Below, one piece after another: positions 22,317 to 30,825 of a stretch of DNA of 32,000 bases (position 1 is the first letter of the stretch; each line of letters begins with the position of its first letter). The notes beneath the pieces were generated by a model that was not told where the DNA came from, made no database searches, and saw only the letters and a list, made by a program, of their open reading frames with translations. The stretch is from the NCBI GenBank assembly GCA_934597165.1, contig CAKTQP010000015.1, positions 8,612-40,611 of the forward strand. Reading direction: 5' to 3'. A program made the position numbers and the translations under genes. Source of the DNA: an uncultured Oscillospiraceae bacterium (GTDB lineage: Bacteria; Bacillota; Clostridia; Oscillospirales; Oscillospiraceae).

Positions 22317-23214
22317 TCTCTTCCGGCGGGAGGATGTGGGTGACCCCGTGATAGTTCCAGTCCACCACGCGACCGGTGGTGGCGTGGTAGGCCAAAGGGG
22401 CAGGTGGCTGAGGTGCCACGATGCCGATGATGGCCAGCTTGATCTTCTGCCGGTCGGGTAGAATAGACTTGAGATAGACCGACACGGAATCCCCTGCCTG
22501 ATAGCCCTCCAGTGGCTCCGCTAGGCCGGTCAGGTTGGGAGCCAGCTCCACGAAGATGCCATAATCCATGACGCTGCGGACGATGCCGGTCACCGTCTCG
22601 CCTGCTTCAAAGTGGCTGGCGTTCTCTGACCAGGTGCCTAGCAGCTCCTTGTGGGACAGCTGCACCCGACCCAGCTCCGGCACCACCTGCCGCACCACGC
22701 AAAAAATCTCCTGCCCCGGTCGGAAGCGACAGTTGGGGTGGGGGATGCGGGAGATGGAGATGGTCTTCAGGGGCAGCAGAGAGGGGACGCCGCAGCCGAT
22801 GTCCACGAAAGCGCCATAGGGTTCCAGGTGGGTGACGGTGGCAGGCAAGATGTCCCCCGGCTGACATTGCAGCAATTGCGCCAGCGCCCGTTCCTGTGCC
22901 AAGCGCCGGGAGAGCTGGGGGACGCCGTTTTCAAAGCCGGTGACGACAAAGCTCACCGCCCTGCCCACGCAGGTGAGGATGGCGATGTCCCGTGTGGTGC
23001 CCTCCCGGATGCCCAGGGCGCACTCCTCCCGTGGGATGACCCCTACCGTGTCCCCCAGCTGCACCGTCAGGTTGTGGGCAGGGTCACAGCGGAGTGCCAG
23101 TCCTTCCAGCACCACCTGCTGCCGCCAGGCGGCTTCCAGACCGGCTCGGCTGGATAAAGATTGCTGATTTTCCTGGGTGGTGTATCGTCGGCCTTCCGGC
23201 CAGAAATCATGCAT
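22300..23214 (-). CDS. S1 RNA-binding domain protein (2-3 S1-like repeats)
   Basis: The track ORF 22300..23598 is trimmed to ATG 23214, which follows GAGGAGGAAGG. The protein is 304 aa. The S1 signatures are GDILPATVTHLEPYGAFVDIG and GETVTGIVRSVMDYGIFVEL. Its 3' end overlaps the rarA 3' end by 17 nt. Confidence 0.8.
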   Translation of the reverse strand: MHDFWPEGRRYTTQENQQSLSSRAGLEAAWRQQVVLEGLALRCDPAHNLTVQLGDTVGVIPREECALGIREGTTRDIAILTCVGRAVSFVVTGFENGVPQLSRRLAQERALAQLLQCQPGDILPATVTHLEPYGAFVDIGCGVPSLLPLKTISISRIPHPNCRFRPGQEIFCVVRQVVPELGRVQLSHKELLGTWSENASHFEAGETVTGIVRSVMDYGIFVELAPNLTGLAEPLEGYQAGDSVSVYLKSILPDRQKIKLAIIGIVAPQPPAPLAYHATTGRVVDWNYHGVTHILPPEEITPSP

Positions 23215-23382
23215 AATCCTTCCTCCTCTTTTCCAGTTGTATGGATGGTGTATCCTATGCCATGGGGAGGGGTTTTGTTCTTGCACCGTCCGACGGCTGG
23301 ATTTGTGCAGGAGTGCTATTGACAGGAAAGATATAATGTGATAGCGTATCAGTGTGCTAAAGTAATATAGGAGGCGAATCCC

Positions 23383-23577
23383 ATGAACATTCAAGTAGGC
23401 GATGTCTTGCAGATGAAAAAAACGCACCCCTGCGGGGGGAGAGAATGGCTGGTGCTGCGGGTGGGTATGGACTTCCGTCTCCGCTGCCAAACCTGCGGGC
23501 GAGAAGTGATGATCTTGCGCAGCAAGGCGGAAAAAAGCGTGAAAAAGATCCTGCCCCAAGGGCAGGAACCACAATGA
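23383..23577 (+). CDS. DUF951-family small protein
   Basis: 64 aa, RBS TAGGAGG. VGDVLQMKKTHPCGGREWLVLRVGMDFRLRCQTCGREVMILR matches my recollection of the DUF951 pattern (GD.V.mKK.H.CG...W...R.G.D...kC..C.r). Confidence 0.75.
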   Translation: MNIQVGDVLQMKKTHPCGGREWLVLRVGMDFRLRCQTCGREVMILRSKAEKSVKKILPQGQEPQ

Positions 23578-23603
23578 TAAAAGCATAAGGGAGCGCACGA
23601 GCT

Positions 23604-24671
23604 ATGAAAGAATTTTGGAGCGGCCGTATCCGCAGCCTCACCCCCTACACCCCCGGGGAGCAGCCCAAGGAGCGGAAATTCATCAAGTTAAACACCAACG
23701 AGAACCCCTATCCGCCCTCCCCCAAGGTGGTGGAAGCGGTGCAGAAGGGGGTGGACGAGCGGCTCAAGCTCTATCCTGACCCGGACGCCAGCAAGTTGGT
23801 GTCTGCGTTGGCCAAGTCCTACGGCGTCAAGGAGAGCCAGGTGTTCGTGGGCAACGGTTCGGACGAGGTGCTGGCCTTCGCCTTCCAGGCGTTCTTTGAG
23901 GAGGGCGGCACCGTCCTGTTCCCGGACATCACCTACTCCTTCTACCCGGTCTACTGCAATATGTTCGGCATCCACTACCGCACCGTCCCCCTGAAGGACG
24001 ACTTCACCATCCCGGTGGAGGAGATGCTGGGGGACAACGACGGCGTGGTCATCACTAATCCCAACGCCCCCACCGGCATCGAGCTGGATCAGGCGTCCCT
24101 GCGGCGCATCTTGGAGGGGAACCCGGACGTGGTGGTCATCGTGGATGAGGCGTATATCGACTTCGGCGGCACCTCTGCCCTGCCCCTGCTGGACGAGTAC
24201 CCCAACCTGCTGGTGGTGCAGACCATGTCCAAGTCCCGTGCCCTGGCTGGGATGCGGGTGGGCTTCGCCTTTGGCAGTGAGAACCTCATCCAGGGGCTGA
24301 ACTGTGTCAAAAACTCCATCAACTCCTATACCATCGACCAGCTGGCTATTTTGGCCGGTGTGGCAGCGGTGGAGGATGGGGACTACTTTGCACAGCGCTG
24401 TGCCCAGGTGGCGGCCACCAGAGACCAGACGTCGGAGACCCTGCGGGAGCTGGGCTTTACCGTCCTGCCCTCCAAGAGCAACTTTATTTTCATCACCCAT
24501 CCGGAACTGCCTGCCCGCAAGCTCTTTGCGGATCTGCGTGAGGCGGGTATTCTGGTTCGCTATTTTGCCCTGCCCAGGATCGACAACTTCCTCCGGGTGA
24601 CCATTGGCAGTGAGGAAGAGATGGCTGAATTCTGTGCGACAATGAAACGATTTGTGGAGAATGTATTATGA
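23604..24671 (+). CDS. hisC: Histidinol-phosphate aminotransferase
   Basis: 355 aa. The stretches L.PYTPGEQP, KLNTNENPYPPSP, the DEAYIDFGG block and the PLP-lysine context QTMSKSRALAGMRVGF are present. Confidence 0.9.
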   Translation: MKEFWSGRIRSLTPYTPGEQPKERKFIKLNTNENPYPPSPKVVEAVQKGVDERLKLYPDPDASKLVSALAKSYGVKESQVFVGNGSDEVLAFAFQAFFEEGGTVLFPDITYSFYPVYCNMFGIHYRTVPLKDDFTIPVEEMLGDNDGVVITNPNAPTGIELDQASLRRILEGNPDVVVIVDEAYIDFGGTSALPLLDEYPNLLVVQTMSKSRALAGMRVGFAFGSENLIQGLNCVKNSINSYTIDQLAILAGVAAVEDGDYFAQRCAQVAATRDQTSETLRELGFTVLPSKSNFIFITHPELPARKLFADLREAGILVRYFALPRIDNFLRVTIGSEEEMAEFCATMKRFVENVL

Positions 24672-25543
24672 GATATGAAGGCATGATTTACCGTCCCCCC
24701 GGAGAGTGGAAGAGCTACCTGCTCCAGTGTACCATCGGCTGCTCCAACAACACCTGCACTTTTTGCAGTATGTACAAGGAGAAGCAGTTCCGGGTCCGTC
24801 CGTTGAAGGACATTCTGGACGACATTGAGATGGCCCGCAAAGCCTATGGCAACGGCGTCCGCCGGGTGTTCCTGTGCGATGGTGACGCCATCATCATGAA
24901 GCAGGACGAACTGCTGACCATCCTGGAGCGGCTCTATAAGACCTTCCCCTACCTGGAGAAGGTCACCACCTACGCAGGCCCCAAGTCCACCATGTCCAAG
25001 ACCCCCGCCCAGCTGAAGGAGCTGAACGAAGCCGGCCTGAAGCGGGCGTACCTGGGGGTGGAGACCGGGGATGACGAACTGTTGAAAAAAGTCAAGAAGG
25101 GCGCCACCGCTCAGGAGATTTTGGACGCCGCTCTGCTGTTGAAGGACTGCGGGTTCGACCTGTGGACCATGATCATCCTGGGTCTGGCTGGCCCCGGCGA
25201 GCCGTCCAAGCAGCACGCCCTGGCCACCGCTGAGCTGATGAACAAGATGGTGCCCCAGCACCTGTCCGCCCTGACCTATATGTGCGAGCCGGGCACCCCC
25301 ATGTATCGGGACGTCCAGCAGGGCAAGTTCAAGATGTTGACCCCCACCCAGGTGCTCCAGGAGACCCGCCTGCTGCTGGCCAACATCCACGAGGGTCCCA
25401 TCCACTTCACCAGCAACCACGCCTCCAACTATCTGTCCTTCAACGACACCATCCCGGACAAGACGCCGGAGATGCTGGCCAAGATCGACAGTGCGCTGGC
25501 AGGCGAGAGCCAGATCCGGCCGGAGTGGAGCCGCGGACTGTAA
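24668..25543 (+). CDS. Radical SAM domain protein (small, about 290 aa)
   Basis: 291 aa. The ATG overlaps the hisC stop (ATGA). The Cys cluster is C21-x3-C25-x4-C30-x2-C33 (CTIGCSNNTCTFC) and is followed by a GDA..M glycine-rich SAM-binding-like stretch (FLCDGDAIIM). Confidence 0.8.
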   Translation: MRYEGMIYRPPGEWKSYLLQCTIGCSNNTCTFCSMYKEKQFRVRPLKDILDDIEMARKAYGNGVRRVFLCDGDAIIMKQDELLTILERLYKTFPYLEKVTTYAGPKSTMSKTPAQLKELNEAGLKRAYLGVETGDDELLKKVKKGATAQEILDAALLLKDCGFDLWTMIILGLAGPGEPSKQHALATAELMNKMVPQHLSALTYMCEPGTPMYRDVQQGKFKMLTPTQVLQETRLLLANIHEGPIHFTSNHASNYLSFNDTIPDKTPEMLAKIDSALAGESQIRPEWSRGL

Positions 25544-25578
25544 AAATCGAAAAATACTCGCATTTGTGCGAAATAGTA

Positions 25579-25611
25579 GAAAGCGGAGACTACATGGTAG
25601 TCTCCGCTTTC
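25579..25611. terminator. 15-bp hairpin between convergent genes (probable bidirectional terminator)
   Basis: GAAAGCGGAGACTAC-ATG-GTAGTCTCCGCTTTC. The flanking U-tracts are weak on both strands. Confidence 0.55.
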
Positions 25612-25666
25612 CGTTTAGAGAGTAGGTATAAGAAATGGATATTAGCAAGAGGAAAAAGTGCTTGTC

Positions 25667-26572
25667 TCAGCGACAAACAGTGTGGGCGTCTGCCGGGTGC
25701 TTTTTGGGGGCGGTGACTTTCCGACCAGAGGTCATGAGTTCGGAGAAGACCACAGACGACAGGATGAGGGCAGCGCCCAGGTAGCCACGGAAGTCCAGGA
25801 CTTCGTGGAGGAAGAGGAAGGACAGGATGGCGGAAAAGACCGGTTCCAGGGCAAAGATCAAGCCAATCTTCTCCGGTGCAGCGTATTTCTGCGCGATGGG
25901 CTGCACCACGAAGCCGTAGGCGCTGCACACCAGCCCCAGGCCGATGACGGCACCCCATTCCACCGGTCTGGTGGGCAGGGAGGGGGTCTCGAACAGGCAC
26001 ATAGCCACGGCGCCCAGGGCGGAGGCTACGCCCAGCTGGATGATGCTGATGAGGAAGGCGTCTTCCTTTTTGGCGATCTTGTCCAGGACGATGATGTAGA
26101 TGGCGTAGAACAGCGCGCCCATGAGACAGAGCAGCGCGCCCTTGTCCAGCGCCAGTCCGTCAGTGGCGGTCAGCAGGAAGAGGCCGCAGATGGCGATGCA
26201 GATGCTGGCGACCATGGACTTTTCCGGCAACTTCCGTTTCAGGAAGCTCTCCAGGATGGGCACCAGCACGACGGTGGTGCTGGTCAGGAAACCGGCGGTG
26301 GAGGCGGTGGTGTAGTTGACGCCGCAGACCATGCCGGTGAAGAGCAGGAAGAGGATGACGCCGGCCAGGAGCCCCTTCAGGAGGGTGGCGCGGGTCAGTT
26401 TGCGGAACTTGGGCAGGAAGGCCAGGGTCATGAAGACAAAGGCGATGCCGAAGCGCAGGGCGATGAGGTTGAAGGGATCGATGCCGTTGAGGCCCACTTT
26501 CATCAGCAGGTAGGAAGAGCCCCAGGCTAGTGTGACACTGACCATCAATAATTCTGCTTTTTTGCTGCTCAT
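25667..26572 (-). CDS. DMT/EamA-family transporter
   Basis: The track ORF 25667..26659 is trimmed to ATG 26572, which follows GAAGGAGG. The 301-aa protein has about 10 TM segments, an N-terminus TLAWGSSYLLMK, and two EamA-like halves. Confidence 0.85.
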   Translation of the reverse strand: MSSKKAELLMVSVTLAWGSSYLLMKVGLNGIDPFNLIALRFGIAFVFMTLAFLPKFRKLTRATLLKGLLAGVILFLLFTGMVCGVNYTTASTAGFLTSTTVVLVPILESFLKRKLPEKSMVASICIAICGLFLLTATDGLALDKGALLCLMGALFYAIYIIVLDKIAKKEDAFLISIIQLGVASALGAVAMCLFETPSLPTRPVEWGAVIGLGLVCSAYGFVVQPIAQKYAAPEKIGLIFALEPVFSAILSFLFLHEVLDFRGYLGAALILSSVVFSELMTSGRKVTAPKKHPADAHTVCR

Positions 26573-26618
26573 GAAAAGAACCTCCTTCAAGATTTGTTCG
26601 CGTGGAGTGATTCGCTCC

Positions 26619-26647
26619 TTGCGTTTTCTGTGGCTCCAGTATATACT
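26619..26647 (+). promoter_or_regulatory. Candidate promoter of the LysR gene (TTGCGT-17-TATACT)
   Basis: -35 at 26619-26624, 17-nt spacer, -10 at 26642-26647. The -10 sits in the palindrome AGTATATACT, which also gives a minus-strand TATACT for the divergent EamA gene. Confidence 0.5.
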
Positions 26648-26708
26648 GAAATTTAGCATAAGTAAAATAAATGTTTAGAATGTAGATATGCAGAAAGGTT
26701 ATGTAGAA

Positions 26709-27578
26709 ATGAACCGATATATCGCCCTCCAAAAGGCGGTGGAGCTGGGCAGTTTGACCAAAGCAGCGGAGGTATTGGGATACACCCAGCCCGCCATGAG
26801 CCAGATGATCACCTCCCTGGAACGAGAACTGTCCATCAAACTCCTCTACCGTTCCCGCTACGGCAGCCGCCTGACCATCGAAGGGGAACGCCTCTTCCCC
26901 TCCATCCAAAAGACCGTCGCCCAGTACCAGGCCATGCAGGAGATCGCCAAGGAGATCCGCGGCCTGGACACCGGCACCATCCGCATCGGCACCATCTCCA
27001 GCGTCTCTTGTCACTGGCTGCCCACCCTCATCAAGCAGTTCCAGGAGCGCTACCCCAACGTGGAGTTCATCCTGCACCAGGGGGACTACACCAGCATCCC
27101 GGAACGGGTGCGCACCGGGGAGGTGGATTTCGGGTTCGTGAACCCGGACGCCATCCCAAACATCAAGACCCGGTTCGTCAAGGCAGGCGAGCACCGTGCG
27201 GTGCTGCCGCTGGATCATCCGCTGGCGGGGGAGTCTTATGTGCGCCTGGAGGATTTGGTAAACGAACCCTTTTTGTTGCTGGAGGAAGGACTGCTCAGCG
27301 AGCCGTTGGAGGCCTTCCACCAGCAGGGGTTGGAGCCGTCCGTCCGGCTCCGGGTTCACGACGACTACTCGATCTTGTCTATGATCGAGGCAGGGCTGGG
27401 CATCAGCATCCTGCCGGAGCTGGTGCTGCGGAAGACCAATTATCAGGTGGCCATCCTGCCCACAAAACCGGTGGTCATGCGCAAGATCGGGCTGGTCATG
27501 AAGGACAAGAACACCATGCCCATCGCCAGCAAATATTTCATCGAGTTTTTGTTCCAGCACATCGACCAGCTGCCCTGA
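26709..27578 (+). CDS. LysR-family transcriptional regulator
   Basis: I prefer the start at ATG 26709 (RBS-like AAAGG upstream) over 26688. MNRYIALQKAVELGSLTKAAEVLGYTQPAMSQMITSLERELSIKLLYR is a LysR wHTH, followed by a substrate-binding domain. It is divergent from the EamA gene. Confidence 0.85.
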   Translation: MNRYIALQKAVELGSLTKAAEVLGYTQPAMSQMITSLERELSIKLLYRSRYGSRLTIEGERLFPSIQKTVAQYQAMQEIAKEIRGLDTGTIRIGTISSVSCHWLPTLIKQFQERYPNVEFILHQGDYTSIPERVRTGEVDFGFVNPDAIPNIKTRFVKAGEHRAVLPLDHPLAGESYVRLEDLVNEPFLLLEEGLLSEPLEAFHQQGLEPSVRLRVHDDYSILSMIEAGLGISILPELVLRKTNYQVAILPTKPVVMRKIGLVMKDKNTMPIASKYFIEFLFQHIDQLP

Positions 27579-27591
27579 ATCGGGAGATGTA

Positions 27592-27620
27592 TTGACAGTT
27601 TGTCAGGGTTCCGATATAAT
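27592..27620 (+). promoter_or_regulatory. Consensus sigma-A promoter for the MATE gene
   Basis: TTGACA (27592-27597), 17-nt spacer, TATAAT (27615-27620). Confidence 0.65.
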
Positions 27621-27675
27621 ATCCGGTAAGATTCCCCAGCGGAAAATTCAAAACAGAAAGGAATTTCAATCCAAA

Positions 27676-28992
27676 ATGCTCGATGAGCGCAGCTTACTCT
27701 CTCAGTTCGTCCGCTTCTCCACCGCTACGGTAGCCTCCTTGATGGTCTTTTCTCTGTACTCCATCGTGGATGGATTGTTCGTGGCTCGTGGGGTAGGTGA
27801 GTACGCCATGAGCGCGGTCAACCTGTCCGCGCCCTTCCTGAACCTGCTCTTTTCCATCGCAGTCATCTTCGCCGTGGGTACCAGTACCATCCTCTCCATC
27901 TTCCTGGGACAGGGCAAACGGGAGCGAGCCAACAGCCTGTTCAGCCAGAACGTCACCCTCCTCACCGTGACCGGCGTCGTCATCACCGTCCTGGTATTCC
28001 TGTTCCTGGAGCCAGTGGCCAAGCTGCTGGGGGCGGAAGGGGTCACGCTGCCCTACACCAAGGACTATCTCACCGGCCTCGCGCCCTTCGCCGTCTGCTT
28101 CATCATCTCTTATAATATGGAGATTTTGATCAAGACCGACGGCTATCCTCAGCTGGCCATCCGCACCGTCATCACCGGTTGCCTGACCAACTGTGTCCTG
28201 GACTATGTGGCCATCTTCCACCTGGATTTGGGTGTTTGGGGTGCCGCTGTGGCTACCGGCCTGTCCCAGCTGCTCACCTGTGTCATCTACTTACACCACT
28301 TCATCCGGGGCAAGACCACCTTCCACTTTGTCCGCTTCCGAATGGATTGGAGCATCTACCGCCGCCTCATCCCCATCGGCATCTCCGACGGGGTGAATGA
28401 GCTGTGCAACGGCCTCATGATCCTGCTCTTCAACCACATGATCCTCCGGTGCATCGGCCAGGAGGGCTTGGTCAGCTACACCATCATCGCCTACACCAAC
28501 ACCTTGGTCATCAACATGATGATGGGCATCTCCCAGGGCAGTCAGCCCCTGGTCAGCTTCCACTACGGCAAAGAGGACGCCGCCGGCTGCCGGAAACTGC
28601 TGCGGTACGGGTTCACCGCCGTGGCTATCGTCACCGCCGTGGTCTTTCTGGGCATCTTTTTGCTGGCGCCTCAGCTGGTGCAGGCGTTCCTGTCCAACAC
28701 CAACCCGGAGCTGAACCTGACCTCCGTCCACGCCCTCCGGCGGTACAGCCTGTGCTACCTGGTGGTGGGCTGCAACATCCTCATCGGCGGCTTCCTCACC
28801 GCGGTGGAACGGCCTCGTCCCGCCATCTGCATCTCCGTCGGTCGTGGCCTGGTGCTCCAGGCGGGGGCGCTGATGGTCTTGGCCTATACGGTGGGCGGCA
28901 GCAGCATCTGGTTTGCGCCGCTCATCTCGGAGCTGCTCTGTCTGGCACTGTCCCAGAAGTGTTTGCGGAACTTCCTCAAATCGCCACTATAA
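27676..28992 (+). CDS. MATE-family efflux transporter
   Basis: The track ORF 27592..28992 is trimmed to ATG 27676; the upstream TTG is the -35 box. The protein is 438 aa with 12 predicted TM segments. The N-terminus ...ATVASLMVFSLYSIVDGLFVARGVGEYAMSAVNLSAP is the MATE pattern. Confidence 0.85.
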   Translation: MLDERSLLSQFVRFSTATVASLMVFSLYSIVDGLFVARGVGEYAMSAVNLSAPFLNLLFSIAVIFAVGTSTILSIFLGQGKRERANSLFSQNVTLLTVTGVVITVLVFLFLEPVAKLLGAEGVTLPYTKDYLTGLAPFAVCFIISYNMEILIKTDGYPQLAIRTVITGCLTNCVLDYVAIFHLDLGVWGAAVATGLSQLLTCVIYLHHFIRGKTTFHFVRFRMDWSIYRRLIPIGISDGVNELCNGLMILLFNHMILRCIGQEGLVSYTIIAYTNTLVINMMMGISQGSQPLVSFHYGKEDAAGCRKLLRYGFTAVAIVTAVVFLGIFLLAPQLVQAFLSNTNPELNLTSVHALRRYSLCYLVVGCNILIGGFLTAVERPRPAICISVGRGLVLQAGALMVLAYTVGGSSIWFAPLISELLCLALSQKCLRNFLKSPL

Positions 28993-28998
28993 CACCTC

Positions 28999-29029
28999 AT
29001 CCCTCTTGCTTCGGCAGGAGGGATTTTTT
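28999..29029 (+). terminator. Intrinsic terminator after the MATE gene
   Basis: ATCCCTC-T-TGC-TTCG-GCA-G-GAGGGAT followed by TTTTT. Confidence 0.75.
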
Positions 29030-29046
29030 GCGCCTTGTCCCCACTT

Positions 29047-29078
29047 AGACGAAATTTTCCATCCCAGTGGGCTATACT
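29047..29078 (+). promoter_or_regulatory. Candidate spoIIG-type promoter: Spo0A-box-like AGACGAA plus -10 TATACT
   Basis: AGACGAA (29047-29053) matches 6/7 positions of the TGNCGAA 0A box. TATACT lies at 29073-29078. A second box, TTCGGCA (29010-29016), is a full reverse match. This is an analogy to B. subtilis spoIIG. Confidence 0.35.
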
Positions 29079-29103
29079 GGAACCCACAGAAGGGAGGACG
29101 CCT

Positions 29104-29964
29104 ATGACGGTGGTGTACGTGGACACCTTGTTCCTGCTCAACCTGACCATCGACTACTTATTGCTCCGCCTCTCCGCCCGTATCTGCGGCCAGCACGTGC
29201 CCACCCTGCGCCTGGCACTGGGGGCGCTGGTGGGAGCGGTGTACGCCCTGTGCGCCTTCCTGCCTCAGGGGCATTTTCTGACCCACCCGCTGGTGAAGGT
29301 GGCCGTGGGGGTTGCCCTGGCGCTGACCGCCTTCGGCGGGCGGCAGCGGCTGCTGCGGCTGACGCTGGTGTTCTTCGCCTGTGCCTGTGCATTGGGAGGC
29401 GGGGTGCTTATGGTGTCCTTGCTGGGCAGCGGTGGGCTGACCTACGCCAACGGCATCCCGGCCACGGGGCTGGATTTCAAGATTTTGTGCCTGTCGGCGG
29501 CGGGGAGCTATCTGGTGCTGTCGGTGGGGATGCGTTGTCTGGGGCGATACTCTAAGGTGTCCAAAGAGGTCTTGCCGGTGACGGTGACCCTGGACGGCCG
29601 CACGGTTCGATTAGACGCCCTGGTGGACACGGGCAACACCCTGGCAGACCCCCTCAGCGACGCCAAGGTGCTGGTGGCAGAGTGGGAGGCGGTGCGGGGG
29701 TTGTTTGATGCTGCGCTGCCGGTGGAACAGGCGCTGCGGGACCCGGTGGAGGGTGCGGCGGCGCTGGCTGCTGCGCTGGGGGCACAGCGGGTGCGGATGA
29801 TCCCCTATCGCTCCGTGGGCGTGTCCAGCGGGATGCTGCTGGCGGTGCGGGTGGATGGGGCGGTCATCGGCGGTCGGGTGGAAGAACGGCTGTTGGTGGC
29901 GCTGTGTCCCGGGAAATTGAGTGCAAATGGCAACTATACTGCCCTGGTCGGGGCAGATGGATAG
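29104..29964 (+). CDS. spoIIGA: Sigma-E processing peptidase SpoIIGA
   Basis: The track ORF 29035..29964 is trimmed to ATG 29104, which follows GAAGGGAGGA. The protein is 286 aa. The start is VYVDTLFLLNLTIDYLLL, followed by about 5 TM segments and the aspartic protease motif ALVDTGNTLADPLS. Confidence 0.85.
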   Translation: MTVVYVDTLFLLNLTIDYLLLRLSARICGQHVPTLRLALGALVGAVYALCAFLPQGHFLTHPLVKVAVGVALALTAFGGRQRLLRLTLVFFACACALGGGVLMVSLLGSGGLTYANGIPATGLDFKILCLSAAGSYLVLSVGMRCLGRYSKVSKEVLPVTVTLDGRTVRLDALVDTGNTLADPLSDAKVLVAEWEAVRGLFDAALPVEQALRDPVEGAAALAAALGAQRVRMIPYRSVGVSSGMLLAVRVDGAVIGGRVEERLLVALCPGKLSANGNYTALVGADG

Positions 29965-29979
29965 GGAGGAAAGAGGAAG

Positions 29980-30702
29980 ATGAAGTATAACAAACTGCTT
30001 TGGAGGATGAAACTGAACCAACTGCTCATCCGGCTGGGTCTGCGGGAACCGGATCCCATCTGGTACATCGGCGGCAGCGACGTCCTTCCCCAGCCCCTGA
30101 CCCGTGCCAAGGAACGGGAGGTGCTGGAGGCCATGAAGAATGGGGACTTGGGCGCCAAGAGCACCCTCATCGAGCACAACCTCCGCCTGGTGGTCTACAT
30201 CGCCCGGCGCTTTGAGAACACGGGCATCAACATTGAAGATTTAATTTCCATCGGCACCATCGGCCTCATCAAGGCGGTGAATACCTTCAAGGTGGACAAA
30301 AACATCAAGCTGGCCACGTACGCCTCCCGGTGCATCGAGAATGAGATTTTGATGCACCTGCGCAAGACCGCCAACCAGAAGGGGGAGATCTCCTTCGACG
30401 AGCCGCTGAACACGGATTGGGACGGCAACGAGCTGCTCCTGTCCGACGTGTTGGGCACGGACAGCGACCTGGTGGTGAAGCCCATCGAGGCGGACGTAGA
30501 TCGTCAGATGCTCCGGGAGGCCATGAGCCACCTGAACGAGCGGGAGCATCTCATCATCTCCATGCGTTTCGGTTTGGAGGGGCGGAAGACCGCCACCCAG
30601 AAGGAGGTGGCCGACTGTATGGGCATCTCTCAGTCCTACATCTCTCGCTTGGAGAAGCGCATCGTCTCCCGTCTGCGCAGGGAAATGCTCAAGATGGGGT
30701 GA
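29980..30702 (+). CDS. sigE: Sporulation sigma factor SigE (pro-sigma-E)
   Basis: 240 aa. The pro-sequence precedes [13 protein letters not shown]. Region 2 is [41 protein letters not shown] and region 4 is [22 protein letters not shown]. Confidence 0.9.
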   Translation: MKYNKLLWRMKLNQLLIRLGLREPDPIWYIGGSDVLPQPLTRAKEREVLEAMKNGDLGAKSTLIEHNLRLVVYIARRFENTGINIEDLISIGTIGLIKAVNTFKVDKNIKLATYASRCIENEILMHLRKTANQKGEISFDEPLNTDWDGNELLLSDVLGTDSDLVVKPIEADVDRQMLREAMSHLNEREHLIISMRFGLEGRKTATQKEVADCMGISQSYISRLEKRIVSRLRREMLKMG

Positions 30703-30720
30703 AATCGGAAAAAACGCACA

Positions 30721-30755
30721 AAAGCAGCAGTCCGTCGGGGCTGCTGCTTTTTGTT
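30721..30755 (+). terminator. Intrinsic terminator after sigE
   Basis: AAAGCAGCAG-(10 nt)-CTGCTGCTTT followed by TTGTT. Confidence 0.7.
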
Positions 30756-30825
30756 GGTGTACAATTGACGCTGAGAGGAAAACGTGTTATCCTAAGAGCC
30801 ACTACGAAAAAAGGGGAAAGAGAGA

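Noticed and set aside
23215-23382. Promoter elements TTGACA and TATAAT only 7 nt apart, and inverted repeat TGATA-N3-TATCA, upstream of the DUF951 gene
   Set aside because: The spacing is incompatible with a single sigma-A promoter and I could not assign a convincing alternative pairing. This is too ambiguous to call.
26160-27560. 466-aa ORF antisense to the LysR gene
   Set aside because: It is a shadow ORF spanning the divergent promoter region, which is not plausible for a coding sequence.
27592-27675. TTG start at 27592 for the MATE gene
   Set aside because: That TTG is the first base of a perfect TTGACA -35 box. ATG 27676 gives the normal MATE N-terminus.
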